Shown: positions 16,633 to 25,900, counted from the first letter of the stretch. The stretch is 29,396 nt of DNA from Acidimicrobiia bacterium (GCA_035516815.1 DATJAA010000287.1:1-29396), one strand, 5' to 3'. Notes: generated by a model not told the origin, from the letters alone. Numbers and translations: made by a program.

Positions 16633-17426
16633 CCGCGACGATGCGCATCCTCCCGTTCCTCCGCTGGCGCCACCGGCCCTGGCGGCTGGTGGAGCGCAAC
16701 GTTCTTGCGTACCGCCGCATCTGGTACATCTTCCTCAGCGGGTTCCTCGAACCGCTGCTTTTCTTGTTGTCGATCGGGATCGGGGTCGGGAAGCTCGTCG
16801 GAGACGTCAACGTCGGCGGCGTTGCCGTGCCCTATCGCTCCTTCGTGGCCCCCGGGCTGCTCGCCATCGCGGCGATGAACGGATCGCTCCTCGACACGAC
16901 CTTCAACTTCTTCGTGAAGATGAAGTACTCCCACACCTACGACGGTGTGCTGGCGAGTCCGCTCTCGCCGCGCGACGTCGCGTCGGGCGAGATCACCTGG
17001 GCTCTGATCCGCGGCGGTACGTATTCCGGCGCGTTCGTCTTGACGATGCTTGCCTTCGGCGACCTGCGGTCGTGGTGGGCCGTGCTGGCGCTGCCCGGCG
17101 CCGTGGTCATCGGCTTCGGGTTCGCCGGAATCGGCCTCGCCGCGACCACCTTCATGCGATCCTTCGTCGACTTCGACTACGTGAACATGGCGATCATCCC
17201 GCTTTTTCTGTTCTCGGCGACGTTCTTCCCGCTCTCGCGGTATCCCGCCGGCTTGCAGGCCGTCATCCGCCTGACGCCGCTGTACCAGGGCGTCGTCCTC
17301 GAGCGTTCCCTCACGCTCGGCGACGTCCACTGGACACTGCTGGTGAATATCGCCTATCTCGTCGCAATGGGGCTGATCGGGCTGCGGGTCGCGTCCCGAC
17401 GGATCGAGCAGCTCCTTCAGCCCTGA
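16629..17426 (+). CDS. ABC-2 type permease (NodJ-like), subunit 2
   Basis: ATG 16629 overlaps the previous stop (ATGA). YRSFVAPGLL, SPLSPRDVASGE and PLFLFSATFFPLSRYP...TPLYQGV. 265 aa. Confidence 0.92.
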   Translation: MTATMRILPFLRWRHRPWRLVERNVLAYRRIWYIFLSGFLEPLLFLLSIGIGVGKLVGDVNVGGVAVPYRSFVAPGLLAIAAMNGSLLDTTFNFFVKMKYSHTYDGVLASPLSPRDVASGEITWALIRGGTYSGAFVLTMLAFGDLRSWWAVLALPGAVVIGFGFAGIGLAATTFMRSFVDFDYVNMAIIPLFLFSATFFPLSRYPAGLQAVIRLTPLYQGVVLERSLTLGDVHWTLLVNIAYLVAMGLIGLRVASRRIEQLLQP

Positions 17427-17446
17427 TCGCCCTTGCTCAAGACGCC

Positions 17447-18067
17447 GTGCCCGCGTCCCGATCCTCTTGCGTGCGTGAGGAGCAGGGTGGATCGCTGAGC
17501 CCGCGGGCCGAGGCGCGTGCCGCGACCGTCGTCGGCCAGCTCGAGCGCATGCGCCCCGAAGCGTTCGCGCACGCCCGCCGGGTCGCCGAGCTCTCGGTGA
17601 GCGTCGCGCGCCATGCCCGCTTGCCGGAGCCGCTCGTGTCGCAGATCTATTGGGGCGCGCTCGTACACGATGTCGGCGAGCTGAACGTGGAACCCGCGCT
17701 GCTGCATCGGCACGCGGTGCTCGACGAGCGCGAGCGGATCGAAGTGTGCCGGCACACGATCGTCGGGGCCCGGTGGTTGTCCGGCGTCCCGGGACTGGCC
17801 GCCCTCGTGCCGTTCGCGCGCTGGCACCACGAACGCTTCGACGGGCTCGGCTACCCCGACGGCGCGACCGCGCAACAGGTTCCGCTCACGGTGGCTTTGG
17901 TGGGGGTATGCGACGCGTGGGATGTGCTCACCGACCCGTCGCTGCACCCGCAGGCGCTCACGACCGAGGCAGCCGCCGAGCAGATGATGCGGGAGGCCGG
18001 GCAGCGCTGGAGCCGGTCGCTCGTCACCTGGCTCGTCGAGTGCGCGACCGAGGGCGCCCTTTCGTAG
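17447..18067 (+). CDS. Stand-alone HD-GYP domain protein (atypical motifs); start uncertain
   Basis: C-terminal part of track ORF 17072-18067: AHARRVA, LVHDVGE, RHTIVG, WHHERFDGLGYPDG, CDAWDVLT. The start could be GTG 17447 or GTG 17471. The upstream part of the track ORF overlaps the permease and is not credible. Confidence 0.8.
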   Translation: MPASRSSCVREEQGGSLSPRAEARAATVVGQLERMRPEAFAHARRVAELSVSVARHARLPEPLVSQIYWGALVHDVGELNVEPALLHRHAVLDERERIEVCRHTIVGARWLSGVPGLAALVPFARWHHERFDGLGYPDGATAQQVPLTVALVGVCDAWDVLTDPSLHPQALTTEAAAEQMMREAGQRWSRSLVTWLVECATEGALS

Positions 18068-18122
18068 GTCGCGCCGGCGCGCCACCCGAGAGCGAGCGCG
18101 CCGTTCGATATACCGTCGGGAC

Positions 18123-18941
18123 GTGATCCGCAGGGTGTTCAAGAATCTCGGCGTGCTCGATCCTGCCGAGGCGCCGCCGGAATCGGCCCAGCTCGAGCAG
18201 GACGGCTACGCATGCCTGCGCGGTGTCTTCGACGCGTTGGAGGTCGCGACCATGCGTCGGGAGATCGATGCCGTGTTCGACGCGTTCCCACCTGAACGGG
18301 TGCGCGACGACAAGGCCGAGTTCCGCTACGAGATGTTCAACCGGAGTTCGGCGTGCCAGGCGGCAGTCGCCGCGGGCGCCGTCCTGCGCGTCGTCGAGCC
18401 GCTCCTCGGTGACGACTGCCACGTGATCGCCAACACGGCCTGGCGCAATCCGCCCGACTTCGCGGGAGGCCCGTGGCACTGCGACGCGGGACCGCACGTG
18501 CCCCGGCCCGAAGGGGTGCCGTGGGACGATCGCATCCCGTACCCGGTCTTCGCGATCGCGACACACGTGTACCTCCAGGACTGCACGCGGGACGACGGAC
18601 CGACGGCGGTCGTTCCCGGCAGCCACCGCTCCGGTCGCGTCGCGCCGTTCACCCAGTCGGATGACGTCACCTACGACGGACGGCCGCCGGTCCTTCTCGA
18701 GAGCCGCGCCGGCGACGTCGCGCTGTTCGTGTCCGACGCCTGGCATCGAGGTATGCCCGCCGGCCCCGGAGGGCGCGGGCGCTACTTCCTGCAGGTGCAC
18801 TACGCCCGGCGTGACATCGCGCAACGGGTGCGGCTGACCGACGACGCGAACCACGTGTCGCCCGCCGCGCGCGACCGAGCGACGACTGACCGCGCCCGCT
18901 CCGTGATCGGCCTGCACCCCCCGTTCTTCTACGACGCCTGA
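18123..18941 (+). CDS. Phytanoyl-CoA dioxygenase (PhyH) family Fe(II)/2-oxoglutarate dioxygenase
   Basis: QLEQDGYACL, WHCD (HxD), DGPTAVVPGSH, AGDVALF..AWHRG. TACCGT lies 6 nt before GTG (leaderless). Confidence 0.88.
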   Translation: MIRRVFKNLGVLDPAEAPPESAQLEQDGYACLRGVFDALEVATMRREIDAVFDAFPPERVRDDKAEFRYEMFNRSSACQAAVAAGAVLRVVEPLLGDDCHVIANTAWRNPPDFAGGPWHCDAGPHVPRPEGVPWDDRIPYPVFAIATHVYLQDCTRDDGPTAVVPGSHRSGRVAPFTQSDDVTYDGRPPVLLESRAGDVALFVSDAWHRGMPAGPGGRGRYFLQVHYARRDIAQRVRLTDDANHVSPAARDRATTDRARSVIGLHPPFFYDA

Positions 18942-18968
18942 CCAGGTGGCGCCGGCCCCGGATCCGAC

Positions 18969-19451
18969 CTAGGTGTCGAGCGGGCAGCTCTCGGTGATGC
19001 CGAGCACCTCGAGCGTGCGGCCGAGCCCGAGATACACCGCGCAGCACAAGGTGAGGTCGAGGATCTCGTCGTCGGCAAACTTTCCGCGGAGTCGCGTGAA
19101 CAGCTCGTCGTCGATGGCGCGGTGGTCGGTGGCGAAGCGTTCGGCGTATTCGATCGCGAGTCTCTGACGCGCCGTGTAGCCGGGCCACGTGCGCCACTCG
19201 TCGACGTGCTCGTACAACTCCTCGGACACACCAGCGTCGACCACCGAAGGGGCGCGGAAGGTCGAGCACGCGTCGCAAGCGTTGAGCCGGGCGATTCGCA
19301 TGCGTGCCGCTTCGCGCTCGGCGGCCGGGAGCTTGGAACGCGTGTAGGCCGTGGAGATCATGCGGTCGACCATCCCGGCCATCTCCGGCCGCAGCGACCA
19401 CACCATTGCACTGTCGCCGCCGGGACCGTCGGGAACCTCGATGCGAGCCAC
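18969..19451 (-). CDS. Carboxymuconolactone decarboxylase / AhpD-like protein with CxxC
   Basis: From GTG 19451: VARIEVP...EREAARMRIARLNACDACSTFR...QRLAIEYAERFATDH..IDDELFTRLRGKFADDEILDL. 160 aa, 16 bp downstream of the redoxin gene. Confidence 0.85.
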   Translation of the reverse strand: MARIEVPDGPGGDSAMVWSLRPEMAGMVDRMISTAYTRSKLPAAEREAARMRIARLNACDACSTFRAPSVVDAGVSEELYEHVDEWRTWPGYTARQRLAIEYAERFATDHRAIDDELFTRLRGKFADDEILDLTLCCAVYLGLGRTLEVLGITESCPLDT

Positions 19452-19467
19452 TAGGAATGCCCCGCGC

Positions 19468-20541
19468 TCACGGCACGACCTCGGGGTAGTAGTTCTCGGC
19501 GCCGATCTCCTTGATGTCTTCGAACCAGCTGCCTTCGTACACCTCGGTGTGACCTTGGCGGATCGGGTCCTCGAAGTTCCACGCCTGGCGCTTGTAGGTC
19601 CAGTTGGCCGGGAACAGGCGGTGGGCTTCTCGCCAGTGGGGTATCGCAGCCGCGTGGTCGCCGGCGCGGTGCAGGTACTGCCCGAGCTCGAACTGCGCCG
19701 CCGCGGTTGCCTCCGCGTCGGTGCGCGGATCGGAGCGGCGCACGACCTCGTCGGGAGAGAGCGCGTACTCGCTCTCGTCGCCATGCTCGATCCAGTCGTC
19801 GACCATCGCGACATAGCCCTCGGGATCGGTCTTGATCTTGCGCGCCTCGACCAACACCTCGACGAGCTCGGGCGGAACCGTCGCCAGATCGACGGTGCGG
19901 AACGACTCGGTCGCGGGATTGCGGCCGGTCGGGTGGGCCGGTTCCGCGGGGCGGACGATCATCCCTTCCTCGTCGATCCACACGCCGTTCGGGACGTTGA
20001 CGAAGCCGAAGAGCTCGTCGGTCACGTGCGCCTGGTCGATGAGCGACGGGTGCTCGGGATGGGCGCGCTCGATGAACGGCCTCGCGTCGGCGGCCTCGAC
20101 GTCGAGCGCGACGGTGACGACTTCGACGCCGAGCGGGTTCCACCGTTCCCGCAGGTCCTGCCACAGCGGGAGGTCGAACCGGCAGCCGCACCACGACGCC
20201 CACGAGACGATCAGGACCTTCTTGCCGCGCAGGCTGGAGATCCGGAAGGGCGTGCCGTCGGCGTCGGGCAGCTCGAGCTCCGGGGCCGTCGCCGAGGTCA
20301 GCGCGCGTCCGGTGACCGCGGTCTCCGGCCCGAGCGCCCAGATGCCCGTGAGGTCGTCGGCGACCAGTGGCATCCCGAGGCGATCGGCCAGCACTCGCGC
20401 GTCGAGCCGACCGTTGTCGAGCCGGACCGACGTGGGCAGCGGTACGCACACCTCCGCCTTGCAGGCGCCTGCGGGCTTGATCGTCCATCCGGTGCGAGCG
20501 GCGAAGTCGTGCTCGTCGACGGCAAGATCGTGCAGGATCAC
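19468..20541 (-). CDS. Redoxin/TlpA-like thioredoxin-fold protein with N-terminal Cys domain and C-terminal TPR-like helices
   Basis: APELELPDADG...SLRGKKVLIVSWASWCGCRFDLP (TlpA/AhpC-TSA pattern), VNVPNGVWIDEEG (cis-Pro loop), N-terminal CKAEVC, and C-terminal AQFELGQYLHRAGDHAAAIPHWREAHRL. TACTGT 7 nt upstream of GTG. Confidence 0.82.
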   Translation of the reverse strand: MILHDLAVDEHDFAARTGWTIKPAGACKAEVCVPLPTSVRLDNGRLDARVLADRLGMPLVADDLTGIWALGPETAVTGRALTSATAPELELPDADGTPFRISSLRGKKVLIVSWASWCGCRFDLPLWQDLRERWNPLGVEVVTVALDVEAADARPFIERAHPEHPSLIDQAHVTDELFGFVNVPNGVWIDEEGMIVRPAEPAHPTGRNPATESFRTVDLATVPPELVEVLVEARKIKTDPEGYVAMVDDWIEHGDESEYALSPDEVVRRSDPRTDAEATAAAQFELGQYLHRAGDHAAAIPHWREAHRLFPANWTYKRQAWNFEDPIRQGHTEVYEGSWFEDIKEIGAENYYPEVVP

Positions 20542-20576
20542 GGGGCGAACAGTAGACGCACACGGAGGAACGGTTC

Positions 20577-21062
20577 ATGCGTGAGCACCGGTACGAGTTC
20601 GAGATGCCGCACGCGGCCGCCCGCATCTGGGCGCTCTTCCAGGACTACGACCGGTGGACCGACTACGCGCCGATGGTCAAGCGGGTCGACGTGCTGTATC
20701 CGGGTGACGCCGATCACAACGGTCGCCTGCGCCGTGTCATCTACAAGATGCCGTTCGGGCGCGAAGGCTCCGCCCTCGAGCTCGTCACCGACGTGGTCCC
20801 CGAGCGCGGGTACACCTACACGATGATCTCGTCGACACCCGGCAACGACCAGGTCGGTCATGTCGCGCTCGAACCGCTCGGCCCCGCTCGCACGCGGTTC
20901 CGTTTCGACGAGCGTTACAACATCCAGAAGGCACCCTTCAAGTGGTTCGAGGGACCGATCTACAAGTTCATCAACAAGAACAACGAGGACTCGATGCGCC
21001 GGGCGTCGGCCTGGCTGACCGCGCACCCGGAGTACCGCGCCGACCTCGGGCAACCGTCCTGA
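20577..21062 (+). CDS. SRPBCC / polyketide cyclase-dehydrase (START-like) family protein
   Basis: 161 aa: IWALFQDYDRWTDYAPMVKRVDV...ELVTDVVPERGYTY..., helix-grip fold pattern. GGAGGA RBS. Confidence 0.8.
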   Translation: MREHRYEFEMPHAAARIWALFQDYDRWTDYAPMVKRVDVLYPGDADHNGRLRRVIYKMPFGREGSALELVTDVVPERGYTYTMISSTPGNDQVGHVALEPLGPARTRFRFDERYNIQKAPFKWFEGPIYKFINKNNEDSMRRASAWLTAHPEYRADLGQPS

Positions 21063-21128
21063 GCTCACGGGTTCGAGCGGGCGTCGAGCCGGTGCCCGTG
21101 GTCGTGTCGCTCGGCATATTGTTCGCGC

Positions 21129-22691
21129 GTGACGCGACGGCATGACGCCGACGATCCGGACGGTGACGTCCGGTTGCCGCTCGGCGTGTTACCCGCGACA
21201 AACGGGGAGTACGTTCCGGAGCCACCCAGGCGTCACGACCGTGACGTCGAGCGTTCCGCTCTGGCGTCTGCCGACGAGGCATCCGTCCGCGCCGGAATGG
21301 ATCGACGGCGATTCCTTCGCACGGCCGGTGGCGTGGCCGCGGTGCTGACGACGATCGACCTCGCCGCGTGCAGTTCGCCGTCGCGGACCTCGCCGCCGCT
21401 CTCGTCGTCGACGATCCCGAGGCGATCGACCACGTCGCGACCGGGAGGTTCGTTCACAGTGCCGCCTCCACATGAGGTCGAGGCGTGCGAGCACGCCCTG
21501 GGAGGCAGCGGCGAGTTCGTCGTCGACGTCCATACCCATCACGTGATGCCGGACGGTCCGTGGACGAAGAACGCGCCCGACACCGTTCAGCTCGTGCTGG
21601 GAATGGTCCCGCCGTGTGGTGCGTCGAACCGGCTCGAATGCGCGAGCCGCGCCGCGTATCTCCACGACCTTTTTCTTGCGAGCGATACGACCGTGGCAAT
21701 GCTCTCGGATGTCCCGAACTCCGGCCCGGCCGACGCGCCCGTTCCGTTCCCTGATCAATTGGGAACCCAGCAGCTCGCGGCGCAGCTCACACACGGCGGC
21801 GCGCCGCGAGTGCTTATACACAATGTGATCGCCCCGAATTTCGGTGACCTCCGAGCACGCCTCGACGAGATGGAAGCCGCGGCGATGACCGGCAAGGTCG
21901 CCGCGTTCAAGGTGTACACGGCGTGGGGCCCGAACGGACACGGCTTCGCCCTCGACGATCCGGCGATCGGACTTCCCGTCATTCAACAGGCACACGATCT
22001 CGGTGTGAAGACGTTCATCGCACACAAGGGATTGCCGCTCGTCAGGTTCGACGCGGCTCACAACCGTCCGGACGACATGGTCGCCGTTTCTCGCCAATTC
22101 CCCGACATGCAGTTCGTGGTCTTCCACGGCGCCTGGGACAAGAACCACATCGAAGGCCCGTACGATCCGAACGCGTCCATAGGCATCGATACCTTCCTGC
22201 GCGCTCTCGACAACCACGGCGTGCCGGCCAACGACAATGTATGGGTCGATGTCGGAACGGTCTGGCGTGAAGTGCTGCGGGATCCCACCACCGCGGCGCA
22301 CACGCTCGGCAAGCTGCTCAAGCGCGTGGGTACGCGTCGTGTGCTCTGGGGTACCGACGCCATCTGGTACGGGTCGCCACAGGCACAACTCCAGGCCTTC
22401 CGCGCGTTCGGCATCTCCACCGAGTTCCAGGATCGTTACGGTTACCCGGCGTTGACCGACGGCATCAAAGCCGACGTTCTCGGCCTCAACGCCGCGACTC
22501 TCTTCCACCTCGATGTGCACGCAACCCGGTGCGCCCTCACCGCCGATCCCATCGCGAGCGCCCGAACCACCGCCGCGCACCTGCGCGAGGAGGGTGTTCT
22601 CCCGGCTGCGGCGCGACCCAACGGTCCGACGACCCGACGCGAGATGCTGCAATGGCTGGCCTCGCCGGGAACGCACTGGACACCGGTCTGA
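21129..22691 (+). CDS. Amidohydrolase family protein (Amidohydro_2-like) with internal twin-arginine/lipoprotein signal
   Basis: Metal ligands DVHTHH, FKVY, AHKG, FHGAW and WGTDAIWYG. DRRRFL...LAAC at residues 58-81. TATTGT 6 nt before GTG 21129. Confidence 0.88.
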   Translation: MTRRHDADDPDGDVRLPLGVLPATNGEYVPEPPRRHDRDVERSALASADEASVRAGMDRRRFLRTAGGVAAVLTTIDLAACSSPSRTSPPLSSSTIPRRSTTSRPGGSFTVPPPHEVEACEHALGGSGEFVVDVHTHHVMPDGPWTKNAPDTVQLVLGMVPPCGASNRLECASRAAYLHDLFLASDTTVAMLSDVPNSGPADAPVPFPDQLGTQQLAAQLTHGGAPRVLIHNVIAPNFGDLRARLDEMEAAAMTGKVAAFKVYTAWGPNGHGFALDDPAIGLPVIQQAHDLGVKTFIAHKGLPLVRFDAAHNRPDDMVAVSRQFPDMQFVVFHGAWDKNHIEGPYDPNASIGIDTFLRALDNHGVPANDNVWVDVGTVWREVLRDPTTAAHTLGKLLKRVGTRRVLWGTDAIWYGSPQAQLQAFRAFGISTEFQDRYGYPALTDGIKADVLGLNAATLFHLDVHATRCALTADPIASARTTAAHLREEGVLPAAARPNGPTTRREMLQWLASPGTHWTPV

Positions 22692-22905
22692 ACCGCGTCG
22701 AACGACCCAACCGCACCTTTCGCCGCCTCCGCACCATGCCCGGGTGTGATCTCGGCCCGCGACTGTGACATGAGGCTTAGGGAGCGACGGATGCGAGCCG
22801 ACAACCCAACCCGGTGGGCCGTCTCGGCTGGCGACTCACGCCACATACGGACCGCGGGCCACAACGGGACGCGGGACTTACGGGACCCGGGGCGAGGGAT
22901 CGCTG

Positions 22906-25900
22906 GTGAAACGAAAGCTGACGATCAGGACCAAGTTGGCGGCGACCCTGGCGGTCCCGCTCGCGGCATTGGCGAGCTTCGCCGCGCTGCAGGTGCGCGA
23001 CGCGTACAACCAATCCGATCAGGTCAAGCTCCAGGCCGGCCTCGCGACGTCGGCGACTGGTCCGGCCGGCGCGCTGACCGCGCTCGAGAACGAGCGCGAC
23101 TACGAGGCTCTGCGGGCGATCGGCGAGCAGAACCTCGTCGCCGCGGGCGACACCAAGTTCTCCGCCCAGGTCACCGCGCGCACCGATGTCGCACTCGGGA
23201 ACTTCCGCCTGCTCCTCGGTGAGCTCGGCGGCGACGCGGCGGCCAACTACCGCTCGACGTTGTCCGCCGCCAGCGCGCAGCTCGTCAAGCTGCGTCAGGC
23301 GGCGGAGAACAGCGCCTCGAAGACGAGCTCCGCCGCGAACGCCAAGCAAGCGGGCGTGATCTTCGACGAATACACGACGCTGATCGGTCACCTCCTCGAC
23401 GCCGATCAGCGGTCGAGCGCGACCATCGGCAATGCCGAGCTGCGCAGCGGCGCCGAATTGCTGAACGCGATCTCCCGCCAGACCGCCACGGAGTCGGGGG
23501 TCGGCATCAAGGTGGGGCTGGCCGCGATCACGCACGACGGTCGCGCGATCGCGGACGCGCAACGGCTCGCCGACCAGCAGGCCGAAGGCGATGCCGACCT
23601 GCGCGTACGCGCCGACGGCGCGTTCGAAAAGGCCATCATCGGTGCGCTCGACGCGACGGCGCGTAAGAAGGCCGTTGCCCAACTGCAGGCCGCCGCGCAC
23701 AACCCGGCCGGAGCCAACCTGGTCGCGCTCCTCAAGACCCGGCCGGACTCGATCAACCTGCTCCGGGTCGCGCAGACGAACACCGCGGCGATCGTCACCA
23801 CGCAGGTGAACTCGCTGACGTCGGCCGCACGCGGCGACGAGCGCGACTGGCTCGCCCTCACGGTGGCTTCGATCCTGCTGGCGGTCGCATTGTTGTGGCT
23901 CACCAGTCGATGGATCACGCGGCCGCTGCGCGCGCTCGCCAACCAGGCAACCACGATGGCAGGCGAGCGACTGCCGGCTGCGGTCCAGCAGATCCTCGCG
24001 ACGCCTGTCGACCAGCCGGTCGTCGAGCCCGAGCTCGAGCCCGTGCAAGTGAGCGCGGGTGGCGAGGTCTACGACGTAGAGGTTGCCCTGAACAACGTGC
24101 AGCACAGCGCGGTCGCGCTTGCGGTCGAGCAGGCGACCCTGCGCCGCAACGTCGCCGACGCGTACGTCAACCTCGGTCGCCGCAACCAGAATCTGCTCTC
24201 TCGCCAGCTCGAGTTCATCACGCAGCTCGAGAACGAGGAGAAGAACCCCGAGACGCTCGAGCACCTGTTCCGTCTCGACCACCTTGCGACCCGCATGCGT
24301 CGCAACGCGGAGTCGCTCCTCGTTCTCGCCGGGTTGGCCCCGCCGCGCACGTGGAGCGCGCCGGTTGCAATGGGTGACGTCGTGCGTGGCGCGCTCGGCG
24401 AGGTAGAGGGCTACCGCCGGGTTCGCCTTCGCCACAACGACCACGCGCGCGACGACGGCGCGGCCGCGGCCGACGTGAGTCACGTCATCGCCGAGCTCGT
24501 CGAGAATGCGCTGTCGTTCTCTCCGCCCGACGCCGACGTCGAGGTGTACGGGCGCAAGGACGACAACGGCTACGTCGTCACGATCATCGACAACGGCATC
24601 GGAATGCACGAGGACGAGCTCGAACGCGCGAACGCGCTGATCTCCTCGGCGAACGCATTGACGCTCGCTCCGTCGCGGTTCCTCGGTCACTACGTCGTCG
24701 CGCAGCTCGCGGCCCGGCATTCGCTGACCGTGCACCTGGCGTCGTCGCCCGCGGGTGGATTGACGGCGATGGTCGCGCTGCCCACGTCGCTGCTCGGCAT
24801 GAAGTCCACCCCCGTCGCCGAACCGGGGAGCACGCCGCCGACCGCGGGCCCGCCGTCGGGCGGCGACGCGACGCGACCGCCGGCCGCGCTGCCGCGCCGC
24901 GGTTCGGTGGCCGATGCCTCGCTACCGACTGCCTCCGCCCCGGCGACCCCGGTGGCTCCCGCTACGGGTGCCGCGGCGGCCGCGATCTCGTTCCGGGCGG
25001 CCTCGAGCGCGCCCGCACCCGAAGCACGACTCGCAGAGGATTCGCTCGAGTCGGCTGCCGAGGCCGACCTGATCGACGAGGCCGAGGCGTTCGACGACAT
25101 CCAGGTGATCGGTCCGCGCGAGGTCGACCACTCGGGCCCGTCCGCTCCGCCGGAGCGTCCGGCCCCCGCGGCTTCTCCGCCTCCCGCGGCTTCCCCGGCT
25201 TCGGGTGCACCGGCGGCGCCGCGGACGGGTCCACCCGTCGCCAACCCCGCGGCCACGACAGCCCCCGCGCCGCCGGTCGAGACATCCCCGGAGGCGGCGC
25301 CCGCTCCCGCGCGCCCTCGCCTCGGCCTCGGCAGCTTCGCCGACCTGCGCGGTGCCGCGAGCTCGCCGGTTCCCGCCGAGGCGTCCCCGGCTGGCACGGA
25401 CGCGCCCGACGCCGCACCCAGCACTCCCGTCCCGGCCGCGACCGGCGCGCCGGCGGCGCCGTCCGCGTCCGCCGATCGTGCGCCGCTCGCGGCCGACCGG
25501 AGGGCCTCGTTCGCCGAGGTCGCGCAAGCGGTCGACGTCGCGACGAGCCGGCCCGCCCCGGCCGAGTCGGCCGGCTCACCTTTCGCCGAGGACTTGATCC
25601 CGCAGCGGCTCCCGAAGCGCGGACGCCGCAACTCACGGCTCGAGACGCCGTGGGTTCGCCAGCGGCCGGTGGAGTCCGGAGCGCCGGTGGCCACGCCGGT
25701 TTCGCCCGCCGCTCCCGCCGATTCCGCCTCCGTCGCGCCGTCGCCGGAGGCCCCGGGCGGTCCTTCAGTCGCTTCCGCGTCCGCTCCGACGGCCGCGGGC
25801 GTCAACGAACCCGAGACCAACTCGGCGGGCTCCGCCGATTCGGGCGAACGGTTCGCGTTCTTCGCCGCATTCCGCGCCGCCGCCGAACAGGCTCGCGAGG

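Noticed and set aside
14923-17426. nodI/nodJ assignment (Nod-factor export)
   Set aside because: Family resemblance only. There are no nodABC genes, and such ABC-2 trios are widespread in Actinomycetota.
17072-17446. N-terminal extension of the HD-GYP ORF as given in the track (331 aa)
   Set aside because: It overlaps the ABC permease in another frame and has no domain-like character. The real gene starts after 17426.
20182-20193. Selenocysteine recoding in the redoxin gene
   Set aside because: Both active-site codons are TGC, and there is no in-frame TGA in this copy.
22692-22905. ncRNA or cyclic-dinucleotide riboswitch upstream of cvnA
   Set aside because: Only short stems (for example gccga/tcggc), with no recognisable ydaO or GEMM consensus.
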